The notes beneath the pieces were generated by a model. It did no database searches. It was not told where the DNA came from and worked only from the letters and a program-made list of their open reading frames with translations. Source: Candidatus Poseidoniaceae archaeon (lineage in GTDB: Archaea > Thermoplasmatota > Poseidoniia > Poseidoniales > Poseidoniaceae). From it: a stretch of 64,000 bases of DNA. The stretch's first letter is position 1, and every line of letters starts with the position of its first letter. Of the stretch, positions 18,993 through 29,434 are shown piece after piece. Both the position numbers and the translations under genes were made by a program. The stretch lies in assembly GCA_949373095.1 (NCBI GenBank), contig CASIBY010000003.1, positions 164,084 to 228,083 of the forward strand, given 5' to 3'.

Positions 18993-19646
18993 TTATTGAG
19001 GGAATAAAATGAAGCAATTATCATCGATTTCAATCAACCCACCAATGGATAGGAGGTGGTCAAGAGCTTCATCAGTCTCGTCATCATCAATGTTGTATGA
19101 ACGAGTTCCTTTGAAAATCGCTTCAAGGGTAGCAACCGGTTCACCACTTGCCAGTTCAGCCTCTACGGTGATCAGTACGGTCTGACATGCAATTGCAAGT
19201 AGTGGGTCGTCGGTATTGTCATTCGGCATGAGGTCAATGAATACACTCGAAGGATGCGGTTCTTGTCCAAGATTTACTGGCTCAGCAGCCCGATTTGGTT
19301 CAACGGCTCGTTGTCCTAAACCTCTCAACGGATGTTCTTCGTTGATGTCAAAGCAGTCAAACAAATTTCTTTGGTATGGGTCATCCGCCCTATCCTCCCG
19401 AGTAACGCCTTCAATCCTACGGCCAAGGTCGTCTAATCGCTGAAGTCGTTGTTCAATGGCTAATTTCTCGTGCAGTAAATCCACAGTCAAGAGATCCATA
19501 GCATTGGCGGCTTGCTTCACAAGCCAATCATGGACGTTCCAATCTGGGTTGACGCCGAGCATCACATCTGCTAATTGGCGAACCTCAAGGGGCATGTCCT
19601 CAAGAGAGATACGGCTTTCTTGTTCCTTTTGTCCCTCATCCGCCAT
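18993..19646 (-). CDS. Hypothetical protein with PIP-box-like motif and C-terminal winged-helix-like domain
   Basis: Coiled coil, QRNLFDCF, C-terminal ETDEALDHLLSIGGLIEIDDNCFIL. Confidence 0.65.
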   Translation of the reverse strand: MADEGQKEQESRISLEDMPLEVRQLADVMLGVNPDWNVHDWLVKQAANAMDLLTVDLLHEKLAIEQRLQRLDDLGRRIEGVTREDRADDPYQRNLFDCFDINEEHPLRGLGQRAVEPNRAAEPVNLGQEPHPSSVFIDLMPNDNTDDPLLAIACQTVLITVEAELASGEPVATLEAIFKGTRSYNIDDDETDEALDHLLSIGGLIEIDDNCFILFPQ

Positions 19647-19844
19647 GACAGTCCTTCTGACATGACAGCCTATGAAGCATGCCCCTCATGATGAACCGCA
19701 ATTTCCTATGGAGACCGTTTACAGTATCGGCAATCCCTGAATATTAGCGCGCCACAGGAAAGGAAGGTAAGCGTTTGGCCGCGCGCCCTATTGCCTTTTT
19801 TTCACGAGGGTATCGTTCATGTATGGGCGCCCTGTCCCGACATC

Positions 19845-21029
19845 ATGGGTGACCACCGCATTACAGTACTGCCGGGCGATGGAACTGGGCGCGAAGTTGC
19901 CTTGGAAGCCCAACGGATTCTTGATACAATTCAAGCAAATACGAATCACGGCTTTGACCAAACGGTCATTCCGTGTGGCGGCCAGCACTACCTTACAACC
20001 GGAGAAGAATGGGCCCCCGGGTCATTTGAATTCTGCCGCGATGAAACGGATGCAATCTTCCTTGGAGCCATTGGTCAACCAGGCGCTCTTTTACCAAACG
20101 GAGACCTCGCTGGCGGTTCAGTCATTCTCGGTCTTCGAAGCGGCTTGGATTTGTATGCTAATGTTCGACCTATCAAACTCTACGAAGGAGTACCTCACAA
20201 GATTCACGGCGGCTTCCGTCAAATTTGGGAGCCCGGCATGGTCGACATGACCATTCTCCGCGAAAATACAGAAGGCCTCTACCATGCTCTTCTTCGCCGA
20301 AGTGCAGACCGCGCTCAAGGGCGCCCAGAATATGAGCCAGAACCCATGACATTCCCTGGTTTAGAGGGTGAAGTAGCCTACGATCCACGTCCGATTTCAC
20401 GAGCCGGCTCTCAACGATTGATTGAGATGGGCTTCGAGGTTGCGGCAACTCGAAACGGTGCTCCAATCGATGGACAACGCCGCGTCTCATGCATTGACAA
20501 ATCGAACGTTACCCGTGGATGCCAGTTGTTCCGGAGAACATTTGAATCCATTGCAGAGAAGCACCCAGGCACAGAAGCCGACTACGGGTACATTGACGCA
20601 TTCATGCAGTGGCTAACACGCTCACCTGAGCACTACGATGTCGTCGTAACATCCAACATGTTCGGAGATATTTCGACGGACTTAGGCGCCGTTCTGCAAG
20701 GAGGAATGGGCATGGCAGCATCCGGTAACATCGGTGACAAACATGCTTTCTTTGAACCCGTTCACGGTTCAGCTCCCAAGCACGCAGGCCTCAACAAGGT
20801 CAACCCCATTGCTTCCATCAATTCCATTCAGATGATGATGGACTACCTTGGTCGTAAAAACGGCGAAGATGAATTGATTGAAATCGCCCGTCTGATTGAT
20901 GATAGCGTTGCAGACCACCTCCGAGAAGGAAAACTTGTCACATACGACATCGGTGGAAGCGCTTCTTGTTCCGATGTCGGTACAGCTATCGCAGACCGTT
21001 TGACTCACAAGTTGAGCGAGCGTTTCTGA
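19845..21029 (+). CDS. Isocitrate/isopropylmalate/tartrate dehydrogenase family protein
   Basis: LPGDGTGREV, LYANVRP, RENTEGLY, DKSNV, SNMFGDI, FEPVHGSAP. Confidence 0.93.
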   Translation: MGDHRITVLPGDGTGREVALEAQRILDTIQANTNHGFDQTVIPCGGQHYLTTGEEWAPGSFEFCRDETDAIFLGAIGQPGALLPNGDLAGGSVILGLRSGLDLYANVRPIKLYEGVPHKIHGGFRQIWEPGMVDMTILRENTEGLYHALLRRSADRAQGRPEYEPEPMTFPGLEGEVAYDPRPISRAGSQRLIEMGFEVAATRNGAPIDGQRRVSCIDKSNVTRGCQLFRRTFESIAEKHPGTEADYGYIDAFMQWLTRSPEHYDVVVTSNMFGDISTDLGAVLQGGMGMAASGNIGDKHAFFEPVHGSAPKHAGLNKVNPIASINSIQMMMDYLGRKNGEDELIEIARLIDDSVADHLREGKLVTYDIGGSASCSDVGTAIADRLTHKLSERF

Positions 21030-21044
21030 CCTCAGAAACAACAT

Positions 21045-21794
21045 TCACTCTTCTTTGAGTGTATTGAGCATCCATTCCAATGCACGGTCCAGCGTCGCAT
21101 CGTTATCATAATGAGCATCCATGACAATTGAGGCCTTTTCATCCATCATAGCGACCATGTTCTTCAACGCCCTTGACAATTCATCAACGATGGTAATGGT
21201 TCCCTCACGAGCCGACCGAGACCTAGGGTTCAAGTCGATCACAATGACTGTTTTTCCCATTTCCATCAATGCTCTACAGCGGTCCCCGTCCTCGAGGGGA
21301 ACAAGAATCACATCGCTGTCTAAGATACCTTCTTTGTGGCAGGCTGCCCGTGGACCTTTGAGTCCAGGTATGAGCGCATTCGGTGCATGTCCGAGGACTT
21401 CAACGTCCAATCCGAGGGCGGTTTTTCTCTCTGATATATGTCCAAGAATCGCTTTCATACGTTCTGGAGTCCTGTAAAAAATATTGACTTCTAAAGGGCA
21501 TCCAAGTGCGGAAGCCAGGATTAACATCTCATCACTAGCGAGCGCTGCAACGTTTCCGTTGACACTGAGAACAGTTCGCTGCCCCTGTATCATTGAAGCA
21601 AGAGCATGTCGCGTAGCATCAAGGGCGCTAGGAATGGTAACCTCGCCAAGCAGGTAGTCAAACGCTTCTCCACGACCGTGTGCAATCATTGCACTGCCGG
21701 CCAACATCCCTTTCTTTTCGGCTTCTTCTAAGCGATGTCTCATCAGTAATGAGGCATAACGTGGATGACTGGGGTCTGCCGCAATTTCATCCAT
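21045..21794 (-). CDS. Archaeal 4-phosphopantoate--beta-alanine ligase (phosphopantothenate synthetase)
   Basis: SHPRYASL, IAHGRGEAFDYLLGE, SVNGN, LVPLEDGDR, IDLNP. Confidence 0.95.
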   Translation of the reverse strand: MDEIAADPSHPRYASLLMRHRLEEAEKKGMLAGSAMIAHGRGEAFDYLLGEVTIPSALDATRHALASMIQGQRTVLSVNGNVAALASDEMLILASALGCPLEVNIFYRTPERMKAILGHISERKTALGLDVEVLGHAPNALIPGLKGPRAACHKEGILDSDVILVPLEDGDRCRALMEMGKTVIVIDLNPRSRSAREGTITIVDELSRALKNMVAMMDEKASIVMDAHYDNDATLDRALEWMLNTLKEE

Positions 21795-21803
21795 GTCATC
21801 ACC

Positions 21804-22745
21804 TTACAAGCCTTGAGCAAGCATACTGAGATCCATCGGGGTGACGCCCCGATTTATTGCGCTGGTTGAGACGACATCAAGCCCACATTCGCGCCACTCA
21901 TCGAGCCCCTCGAAGGTAATTCCACCGCTTGCTTCCAAGACAACATGTTGACGGATTTCTTGGTCAATCATTTGTTCAGAAACAGATTTGCAAGCCTCTG
22001 GAGTAAAGTTGTCAAGCATGATGACGAGGCGGTCAATCCCTTCGGCTCTTCTTCCCGACCAGACCATAGCAGCCATCATCGCTTCTTTTTCGGTGCGAAC
22101 CTCAACCTCTAGAAAAGCCCCAACTTCAGCCATATCTACTGTTTGCAAAAAGGCGACGAGGCGATGTTCATGCGAATCTAATTCTTGGTGCATGCTGGCA
22201 AGATCGTTTTCCTTGATCATGAGTGCGTCCGTTTTAGAGAGCCGATGTGATAGGCCACCGCCCATGTGCACGGCCCATTTGTCTAAGAGACCCCAAACCG
22301 TCTTGCGCGTGCAAGCGATCTGTTTGGGTGCGATGGCGGACCAACGCTTCGCATTGGTCGCAATTCCTGAAAGCTGACCCAACATGTTGAGAATTGGCCG
22401 TTCAATGATGAGAAGACTGTCTCGGTCTCCGGACAAACTGGCGATTTCATCACCTTCTGATACCCGTTTACCATCGCCTGCAAACCATGAGATGCGAACT
22501 GATGGCGCCCATATTTGGAGTATGTAATCAACAGCAGCACAACCGACAATCAAACCATCTTGACGTGCAACGATTGTAGCATCAACCTGTTCTGACCGAC
22601 TTGAAAGAGGCATATCGATGCCGTCGTCACCGACGATAGCACTGACCCAGCGGTCAATGCTTGCTAGCAGTTTACGACTTGCTCCGCCTTCTACTGTCCA
22701 CAGTTTGTGTCCGCGGTCATGAGGCACAGGTTGCTCATCGGCCAT
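21804..22745 (-). CDS. nadC: Quinolinate phosphoribosyltransferase (nicotinate-nucleotide pyrophosphorylase)
   Basis: ER..LN..LSGIAT, TRKT, HRL, MIKEN, EVEV, MLDNF, EASGGI. Confidence 0.88.
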   Translation of the reverse strand: MADEQPVPHDRGHKLWTVEGGASRKLLASIDRWVSAIVGDDGIDMPLSSRSEQVDATIVARQDGLIVGCAAVDYILQIWAPSVRISWFAGDGKRVSEGDEIASLSGDRDSLLIIERPILNMLGQLSGIATNAKRWSAIAPKQIACTRKTVWGLLDKWAVHMGGGLSHRLSKTDALMIKENDLASMHQELDSHEHRLVAFLQTVDMAEVGAFLEVEVRTEKEAMMAAMVWSGRRAEGIDRLVIMLDNFTPEACKSVSEQMIDQEIRQHVVLEASGGITFEGLDEWRECGLDVVSTSAINRGVTPMDLSMLAQGL

Positions 22746-22823
22746 GAATGACGGAATGCGAACCTTCACTTCAAGCCAACCCTTGAGCGCATATCTTTTC
22801 ACCTGCGACCTTGAGCCGATGGT

Positions 22824-23924
22824 ATGGCTCGAGTGACAGTGATTGGTGCGGGCCTTTCAGGACTCACGGCAGCCCTTTACGCCACAACGGCGGGTCATCA
22901 TGTTGTGATTCTTGACCGTGGAGAACACCTTGGTGGGCGCGGCACCTCAGAATCTTTTGATGGAATTCCATTTGGATTTGGCCCCCACTTACTTCAGTCA
23001 AACGGCCCACTGGCCAAGGTTACAAAGAAAGTCAGTCGCTTGAAAATGGTGCTTGGCACACTACGTTTGGACCGTCTACACGTCACTGGTGTCGGGCCAC
23101 TTCGACCTCGGGGGAATGTCAAGCAAGCATCCCTTCTAAGGAGGGTGCTGAAGGCAAACGACCGGACACATCCTGCAGTCAGTGGAGCGCACCTCCTAGC
23201 CGATATGGGCGCTTTAGATGCCCATGCCTCCCGAGTTCAAGCGTTACAAAAAGGAAAGTTATGCGTGGTTGGCGAGGGATGGTCCGGCGTTGTCGGACGA
23301 ATGGCATCTGCACTGGATGAAGTTGGCGTGCTTATCGAAGCAGGTTGTGATGTAGTTTCAATTCAGAATGGAACGGTCTATCTTGCAGACAAGCGTGAAT
23401 TAGAAACCGATGTGATCATTGTAGCATGCGGTTGGAAGCGAGCAAAAAAGTTACTCTCTCCGCACTGGCTTGGTAAAGAACCAGCCCTCCAACCAATCCT
23501 TGCAAGTACCGTTGATGCCGCTCTTTCTTCCCGGCCTTTGACACAGCGGCACGGAATCATTGACGAAGAAGGCGGTGTTGTTATTTTGGATTATGCCAAC
23601 ATCCAACCACGAATGAAGTTGGATGGAGCCTTCCTTTCTTCCGTGGCTTTTGAACGAGAAGGAGAGTCACACGAATCCCGTCTTCAGCGCCTAAATGAAG
23701 CACTCGACCATCATGCCCCAGGATGGCGAAACCATCTCATTCACGAGCGCCAACAACGGACAATTACCATCCAAACCTCCGGAGAAAAACCTGCATTTGA
23801 CGCTCTATGTGGTGAAGGAATACTACTCGCAGGCGAATGGGTGGCTAGTATCCACGCTTTAGCAGACGCCGCAGCCCATACAGGTAAGGAGGCAGGTCAG
23901 CACGTATCATCCGCTCTTGATTGA
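22824..23924 (+). CDS. FAD-dependent oxidoreductase (amine oxidase/phytoene desaturase-like)
   Basis: VIGAGLSGL, LGGR, GPH, LAGEWV. Confidence 0.8.
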   Translation: MARVTVIGAGLSGLTAALYATTAGHHVVILDRGEHLGGRGTSESFDGIPFGFGPHLLQSNGPLAKVTKKVSRLKMVLGTLRLDRLHVTGVGPLRPRGNVKQASLLRRVLKANDRTHPAVSGAHLLADMGALDAHASRVQALQKGKLCVVGEGWSGVVGRMASALDEVGVLIEAGCDVVSIQNGTVYLADKRELETDVIIVACGWKRAKKLLSPHWLGKEPALQPILASTVDAALSSRPLTQRHGIIDEEGGVVILDYANIQPRMKLDGAFLSSVAFEREGESHESRLQRLNEALDHHAPGWRNHLIHERQQRTITIQTSGEKPAFDALCGEGILLAGEWVASIHALADAAAHTGKEAGQHVSSALD

Positions 23925-23957
23925 ATCCTTATTCACTCCCGGCCCTACGATTGAATC

Positions 23958-24737
23958 ATGCGCTTTGTTTCTTGGAACGTGAACGGATTACGTGCTGCCA
24001 TCCGTAAAGGAATTGATTCCTATTTCGAAGAACTTGATGCAGACGTTACGATGCTACAAGAAACAAGGACGTTAGAGGAACAACTCCCAAAGAACTGGAG
24101 CTGGCCAGAAGGCTGGCAAGTAACACTTCATCCAGCAGAAAAGAAGGGATATTCAGGAGTTGCAACGGCCACGAAACAACCTCATGCCGTTCTCCAAACC
24201 GGGCATGGTGGAAGTCAAGACCCACTCGATACAGAGGGGCGCGTGTTGGTCTGCGAAGTCAACGGGATCATTTGCATTAACACCTATCTTCCTAGCGGCT
24301 CGAACAAGGAAGAGCGCCAACGCTTCAAAGAAGAATGGATGGCGGAATGGCGAACATTTCTCCGGCCATATCTTGAGGACAAACGTCCCGTTATTGTCTG
24401 TGGCGACCTCAATATAGCCCATACAGAAGACGATATTTGGAACCCGAAGGGCAATGCGAAATCTTCGGGATTCCTCCCCCATGAGCGAGCATGGTTTACG
24501 GATTTACTCAACGATGGATGGACCGATGCATTTCGTCACATCGCCGGCGAAGGCAACAAACTCTACTCCTGGTGGTCAAACCGTGGTCAAGCACGAGTCA
24601 AAGACCGTGGATGGCGAATTGATTACTTTCTTCTCAACGAGTCGGCAACTCGAGCCTTGAAAGACTGTTTTATCGTTCGCCAGGGTGGAATTGACGTCTC
24701 AGACCATGCACCCGTTGTTTTGGACCTGGAGTTTTGA
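23958..24737 (+). CDS. xth: Exodeoxyribonuclease III / AP endonuclease
   Basis: SWNVNGLRA, LQET, GYSGVA, GDLNIAH, GWRIDY, SDHAP. Confidence 0.97.
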   Translation: MRFVSWNVNGLRAAIRKGIDSYFEELDADVTMLQETRTLEEQLPKNWSWPEGWQVTLHPAEKKGYSGVATATKQPHAVLQTGHGGSQDPLDTEGRVLVCEVNGIICINTYLPSGSNKEERQRFKEEWMAEWRTFLRPYLEDKRPVIVCGDLNIAHTEDDIWNPKGNAKSSGFLPHERAWFTDLLNDGWTDAFRHIAGEGNKLYSWWSNRGQARVKDRGWRIDYFLLNESATRALKDCFIVRQGGIDVSDHAPVVLDLEF

Positions 24738-24742
24738 ACAAC

Positions 24743-25093
24743 TCATCTGTTTGACAATCGGTGACGATACCGCGAGAGAAGACGATACACTCCATCTCGT
24801 AGTGGTAGCGGAAAGAGCCATGCAAATGGATACCAGATTGTGTAATACCAACGCATGTAGAGCAACAATCTGATGCTTGCTGCTGAGCGAATAAAAGGCC
24901 GACCTGCCCTGATGAGGTACATGGAATCGGCTTCTTTGATCGATTCGGAAAAACCTTCAATGAATTTCACACCTTCTTCCGAATCAATGCCGTAGATTTG
25001 TAGTTGGCTCTTCTTCGAACGACGTTTATTCAGGAGTTTTGCCAGACGGTTACACAGAACACAGTTAGCATCAATCAAGAGGATATCAGGCAC
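24743..25093 (-). CDS. DCC1-like (DUF393) thiol-disulfide oxidoreductase
   Basis: DANCVLC, RSAASI, PLPLRDGVYRLLSRYR. Confidence 0.88.
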   Translation of the reverse strand: MPDILLIDANCVLCNRLAKLLNKRRSKKSQLQIYGIDSEEGVKFIEGFSESIKEADSMYLIRAGRPFIRSAASIRLLLYMRWYYTIWYPFAWLFPLPLRDGVYRLLSRYRHRLSNR

Positions 25094-25106
25094 ATTTACC
25101 GCCTCG

Positions 25107-25328
25107 TCAATCCTCGTTTTCTACGGTGTCAAAAGACACGAGTAGAGCGTCAACCGTATCACGCAGTTGTTGCAAATCGTTCTCAACAACAAGAACAGTA
25201 AGGATGACCGTATCATGTTCTGCATTAGACTTGATTTCACATGCATACGGGCTAGCTAACTCAACCAAGCGGTGAGCGGTTTCAAGGTCACCAGTCCAAG
25301 TCAGGGTCATTTCGTGGCGTTCCGCCAT
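25107..25328 (-). CDS. KEOPS subunit Pcc1-like small protein
   Basis: 73 aa; C-terminal LTVLVVENDLQQLRDTVDALL resembles the Pcc1 helix. Confidence 0.5.
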   Translation of the reverse strand: MAERHEMTLTWTGDLETAHRLVELASPYACEIKSNAEHDTVILTVLVVENDLQQLRDTVDALLVSFDTVENED

Positions 25329-25376
25329 AGCAAGGTCTTGGGGTGGGCTGATATGAGGCTAATCCCCCCACTGTTC

Positions 25377-26783
25377 ATGGCCCAACCGCCCGAGGACCCC
25401 TTTGTCGTCGCCGGGAGCGGTGGTGTAGTTCTGGGGGAGGCTCGTACCAACCACGAGGGCCGTCACGCCTTGCTTTTGATTCGGGGAGAAGAAGACACGT
25501 CGGAATTTGAGGCGTTAGTGGCTACGATGGGCATTTTGATCGTCGAAAAAATTAACCAAAAAGGCAATTCAGATCCTCGTAGTTACTTTGGAAAGGGGCG
25601 TCTTCAAGATGTTGCCGACGAGCGAAAAAGTGCTATCAAAGAACATCCATGGGGGAAGGTAGACCTCGTTCTTATTCACACCAATGCAACACCTCGCCAA
25701 CTGGTCAACATCAGTCAGACTATCGGCCTCGAACTTTGGGACCGAGTCCGCCTCTTGTTGTCGCTTTTCACGTCACATGCATCCTCAGTTGAGGCCAGAA
25801 CGCAGGTTCGAATTGCCCAGTTACAATCCGACCGAACTGTTCTGCGTGAACTCATGCATCAGCAAACCACCGGAGAGCGAGCAGGATACGGTGGCGGCGG
25901 TGTAACGGCACTCCAAAATGTTCTTGCGAACGTTGGCCGAGAATTAGCAAACCTGCGCCGAAGGCAAACCAGACAAACCAATGCTCAGCGAGAACACCGA
26001 CGCCAACGGGTCCGCAGTGGGGCAGTTACGGTAGGTTTAATCGGTTATACAAACGCTGGAAAATCGTCCCTTTTCCGCCTCTTGTCAGGGAAAAAAGTAC
26101 TTGTTGAAGACCAATTATTTTCCACCTTAGAGACCACAGTGGGGCGTATGGAAGATAGCCCTCGCGTTCTTCTTGCAGATACCATTGGATTTATTGATAA
26201 CATACCAAACGCTACTCTATCGGCATTTAAAGCAACTCTCGCTGAAGCGTTAGAAGCCGATTTGACTTTAGTTTTGGCTGATGCCTCTGACTCCCCCCTC
26301 GAACTCGAACGAAAACTCCTCACCACCCGACGGGAAGTGTTTGAACGGCTCTACGGTGAACCGGTGGACGATGAGTTTCCATGGAATGATGCTATGGACC
26401 CATACCATCATTCGATGCAAGTCGTTTTGACGAAAATTGACGAAGCAGACGAGCATATGCTCGACGAAGCCCATGCAACTGTAGCAGGGCTAGGCTTTCC
26501 CCCGGCACTCGGTATTTCAGCACACTCTGGCGTTGGAATTGATGCGCTGAAGGCATCCATACTCCGCCATTTGTTTGGTTCGCCTTCAATGGTTCACGTT
26601 CACCCATCCATGGACAATACCGGTGATGCTGTTGAGCGGATTGTTTCAGATATCTATGACCAAGGCATGGTGACTTCAAACGAGCGGGACCCAAACGGAA
26701 CGGTTTCGCTCACCGTGTGGCTCACTCATGCGGCTCTTGAGAAATTAAAGGCTCGGTGGAACGAGCGCATTGAAGTCAAGTAG
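25377..26783 (+). CDS. hflX: GTPase HflX
   Basis: YFGKGR, EARTQV.IAQL, GYTNAGKSSL, LFSTL, DTIGFI, TKID, ISA. Confidence 0.93.
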   Translation: MAQPPEDPFVVAGSGGVVLGEARTNHEGRHALLLIRGEEDTSEFEALVATMGILIVEKINQKGNSDPRSYFGKGRLQDVADERKSAIKEHPWGKVDLVLIHTNATPRQLVNISQTIGLELWDRVRLLLSLFTSHASSVEARTQVRIAQLQSDRTVLRELMHQQTTGERAGYGGGGVTALQNVLANVGRELANLRRRQTRQTNAQREHRRQRVRSGAVTVGLIGYTNAGKSSLFRLLSGKKVLVEDQLFSTLETTVGRMEDSPRVLLADTIGFIDNIPNATLSAFKATLAEALEADLTLVLADASDSPLELERKLLTTRREVFERLYGEPVDDEFPWNDAMDPYHHSMQVVLTKIDEADEHMLDEAHATVAGLGFPPALGISAHSGVGIDALKASILRHLFGSPSMVHVHPSMDNTGDAVERIVSDIYDQGMVTSNERDPNGTVSLTVWLTHAALEKLKARWNERIEVK

Positions 26784-26803
26784 GGCCACCTCTACCGTAG
26801 AAC

Positions 26804-27691
26804 ATGGCGGATGAGACAGGGGAAGAAGCCCCGTATCTCGACGAAATGATCAAAGAAACGCCGCTCTTGTTTGCATCCTCCGGTGCTGTATTGACGATTG
26901 AAGACCCAAATCTACATCCTATGGGGCGAGCAACAGCAGTCTTCCTGTTGTTTATCTGCGCTCTTGGTTTTCTCAACGGCCTGGATTTCGCCTCTCCCGA
27001 TGACGGTTTGATTCGGCCAGATGAATTCGTCTATCGCTTGGCCCAGAGCGCACCAGCCGAAACAGCCACTTTCCGCGGTTCGGTCATGGATGAGTCAGGT
27101 CAACCACTTTCTGGAGCGACCGTTTACCTCTCATGGCTAGACCGAGGCACTCAAACATGGCTCTCGATGGAAAACACGACTGGTGAAAATGGAGGCTTTG
27201 AGTTTGAAAACCTCACCCCTGGACTGATTCGTACCGACATTATCGTGGAGCGAGATGGTCATCGGGATGTTTACTCGAACCGTGTCCTTCTCTCACCTCC
27301 AGCATTGATTGAACCGATCGGTTTCACTACCCTTTCATTCAACGTGCCTTCGTCCGAAACCTTCGCTAAGCAACCCTGTGAAGACCCAGATGTGACCGAT
27401 TGTGAGATTCGCGAAATTGATATGACTCCGACACAAATGGACCATCCTTTGATGGATCCGAGTGCTTCTGCAACCTACGTATTGGTTGGATTTGGATTCA
27501 TGGGGCTCGCACTTATTGCAGCAGGATTCAGTATCTGGGCTCTAAAAAACGGCTCCCTCGGGTTATTGAGGACCTCTGCAGGCCTTTCCGTGTTTACAAT
27601 GGGTCACTATTACTCAGCCTGTATTCTTGGATTGCTAGCCTTTGTGCTCACGTTCGCCATCCCTCGGCGACGTATTCCATTGACCGATTGA
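26804..27691 (+). CDS. Membrane protein with carboxypeptidase-regulatory-like domain
   Basis: GSVMDESGQPLSGATV..TTGENGGFEFENLTPG flanked by TM helices. Confidence 0.75.
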   Translation: MADETGEEAPYLDEMIKETPLLFASSGAVLTIEDPNLHPMGRATAVFLLFICALGFLNGLDFASPDDGLIRPDEFVYRLAQSAPAETATFRGSVMDESGQPLSGATVYLSWLDRGTQTWLSMENTTGENGGFEFENLTPGLIRTDIIVERDGHRDVYSNRVLLSPPALIEPIGFTTLSFNVPSSETFAKQPCEDPDVTDCEIREIDMTPTQMDHPLMDPSASATYVLVGFGFMGLALIAAGFSIWALKNGSLGLLRTSAGLSVFTMGHYYSACILGLLAFVLTFAIPRRRIPLTD

Positions 27692-27699
27692 ATCGGGAG

Positions 27700-28197
27700 T
27701 CAACAAATCCAGTTGACCTTTCCTGAGTCAACATCGTAAATTGCGCCTCGTACCTTGACGTCATTCTTCAACAAGGGGTTTGCGAGCAGGGTCGCAACAT
27801 CTCGGCGCAACTTTTCCTCTTGATTCTCAATCATTCTTGGCTCAAATGTGGAGAAATCAAGGCCGCTTAGGCGCGCCAAAGTTTCCTTGACATCGGCTAT
27901 ACTCAAACTGGCCATCGCACAGCGAGTGTGGGCCATGATGACGATGTTATCACAATCAAGAAGATAGCTCCCAAGGACGATATCACGTTCAACTTCAGGG
28001 TTTAATTGAGCACCTGCGTTTCGGATGACTTTCATATCGCCAACTTCCAAACCCAAAACAGCATGCGGGACGATGCGAGAGTCCATGCAAGTCAGCAATA
28101 AAAGGTGGACACCAGCCCTTCCGGGGACATCATGAGCGTCAAAGGATTTGACATAGGCATCGTTGGAATCGCTGAGTTGATCGGTGAACGAAGTCAT
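27700..28197 (-). CDS. Beta-class carbonic anhydrase
   Basis: TCMDSR, IRNAG, HTRC zinc ligands, YDVDSG. Confidence 0.92.
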   Translation of the reverse strand: MTSFTDQLSDSNDAYVKSFDAHDVPGRAGVHLLLLTCMDSRIVPHAVLGLEVGDMKVIRNAGAQLNPEVERDIVLGSYLLDCDNIVIMAHTRCAMASLSIADVKETLARLSGLDFSTFEPRMIENQEEKLRRDVATLLANPLLKNDVKVRGAIYDVDSGKVNWIC

Positions 28198-28325
28198 GGT
28201 GCTCAATCCCCAACGCACGCAGGTAGCATTTTGTTCTTGTCCGTCGTTCTTCATTTAGGATGGAATCTCAATTATTCTAATCAATCAAGCGACCTCCTTA
28301 TGGCGGAGAACTTCTCGCTTCAAGC

Positions 28326-29408
28326 ATGGACCTCAGAGGCGCTACTTGGATGGTACGCTCTCTCGGCGAAAGTGTTTCAATGGTCAACGTCATGGAAAAC
28401 GGAGACGTCTTTGCAGGAGGATGGGACGGCCATCTGATTCGTTGGGACGAGGAAGGAAACATCCTATGGACCGCTCAAACTGGAAACAGAATCAGCGCTA
28501 TTGCGGTGAGCGACCAAGTGGTTGTGGTGACCAGCGGATTACATCTTGTTGCTTTGGACTCCCACACGGGCGAACAGCATTGGAAGGTCGCCCTTGAGGG
28601 AAGTGCTGACGATGTACGATGGTGGAACGGCAGTCTTCTAGCGGTCTCATCTGTTTATGATATCGAGCACAACGATTTCATTGAGTCTGCCCTTTGGAAG
28701 TTTAATGTGAATGGTGAATGTCTTTGGGTAGAGCGAATGGATGAACGGCCTTGGTCTGTACTTGAACTCGGTGAACAGCGTTATGCAGGCCTTGGTAGGC
28801 CTCGCTGCGGGTGGCTAACACTCTCCGATGAACCCCCGTTTGAACATCACCTACCTCCTACTTCGTATCCGGTCATGAGCGGCGTATCGGGGCGAGAGCG
28901 TCTTCTGTTCGGTCAAACTGATGGTTCGATTGTGGACCACAAAGCCAACGTTTTGAGTACTGAATCAGGAGCGGTTGAACATCTTAGTATGCTTTCACAA
29001 GGCTTTGCAGCGTCTACCGATGCAGGGCATCTTTCTGTTCGTAACGACGATGGAAAATTGCAATGGGAATCCAAAGGAGACCCAATTACTGCACAAGTTA
29101 GCGGGCTCCTCGCAGAGGAGAAGAGCCTTTTCTGGGTCGCCCGGTCTTCAGAACTAAACGGTCAACTATCGGTTCATGATTCATCTGACGGATCCCTTCT
29201 CGCCAGTACATCACTTTCTCGTGTTCGAAGTATTTCCAGTACCGATACAAGGACAGCAGTTGGATGCGACGATGGGGAAGTACTTGTGTGGGATTCAGCC
29301 CTTCTCGCACGGCGAATGAATCAAGAAAGTAGTTCAAATAACGAGCCGGTTGATGACCGAAAAGCTGCACTGCAAGCTAAACTCCTTGCACTGCGCCAAT
29401 CCAAGTAA
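28326..29408 (+). CDS. PQQ-like/WD40 beta-propeller protein
   Basis: AGGWDG, ALDSHTGEQHW, VGCDDGEVLVWD blades. Confidence 0.8.
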   Translation: MDLRGATWMVRSLGESVSMVNVMENGDVFAGGWDGHLIRWDEEGNILWTAQTGNRISAIAVSDQVVVVTSGLHLVALDSHTGEQHWKVALEGSADDVRWWNGSLLAVSSVYDIEHNDFIESALWKFNVNGECLWVERMDERPWSVLELGEQRYAGLGRPRCGWLTLSDEPPFEHHLPPTSYPVMSGVSGRERLLFGQTDGSIVDHKANVLSTESGAVEHLSMLSQGFAASTDAGHLSVRNDDGKLQWESKGDPITAQVSGLLAEEKSLFWVARSSELNGQLSVHDSSDGSLLASTSLSRVRSISSTDTRTAVGCDDGEVLVWDSALLARRMNQESSSNNEPVDDRKAALQAKLLALRQSK

Positions 29409-29434
29409 TCCACTTAACGAAACATTCTGTTTGT

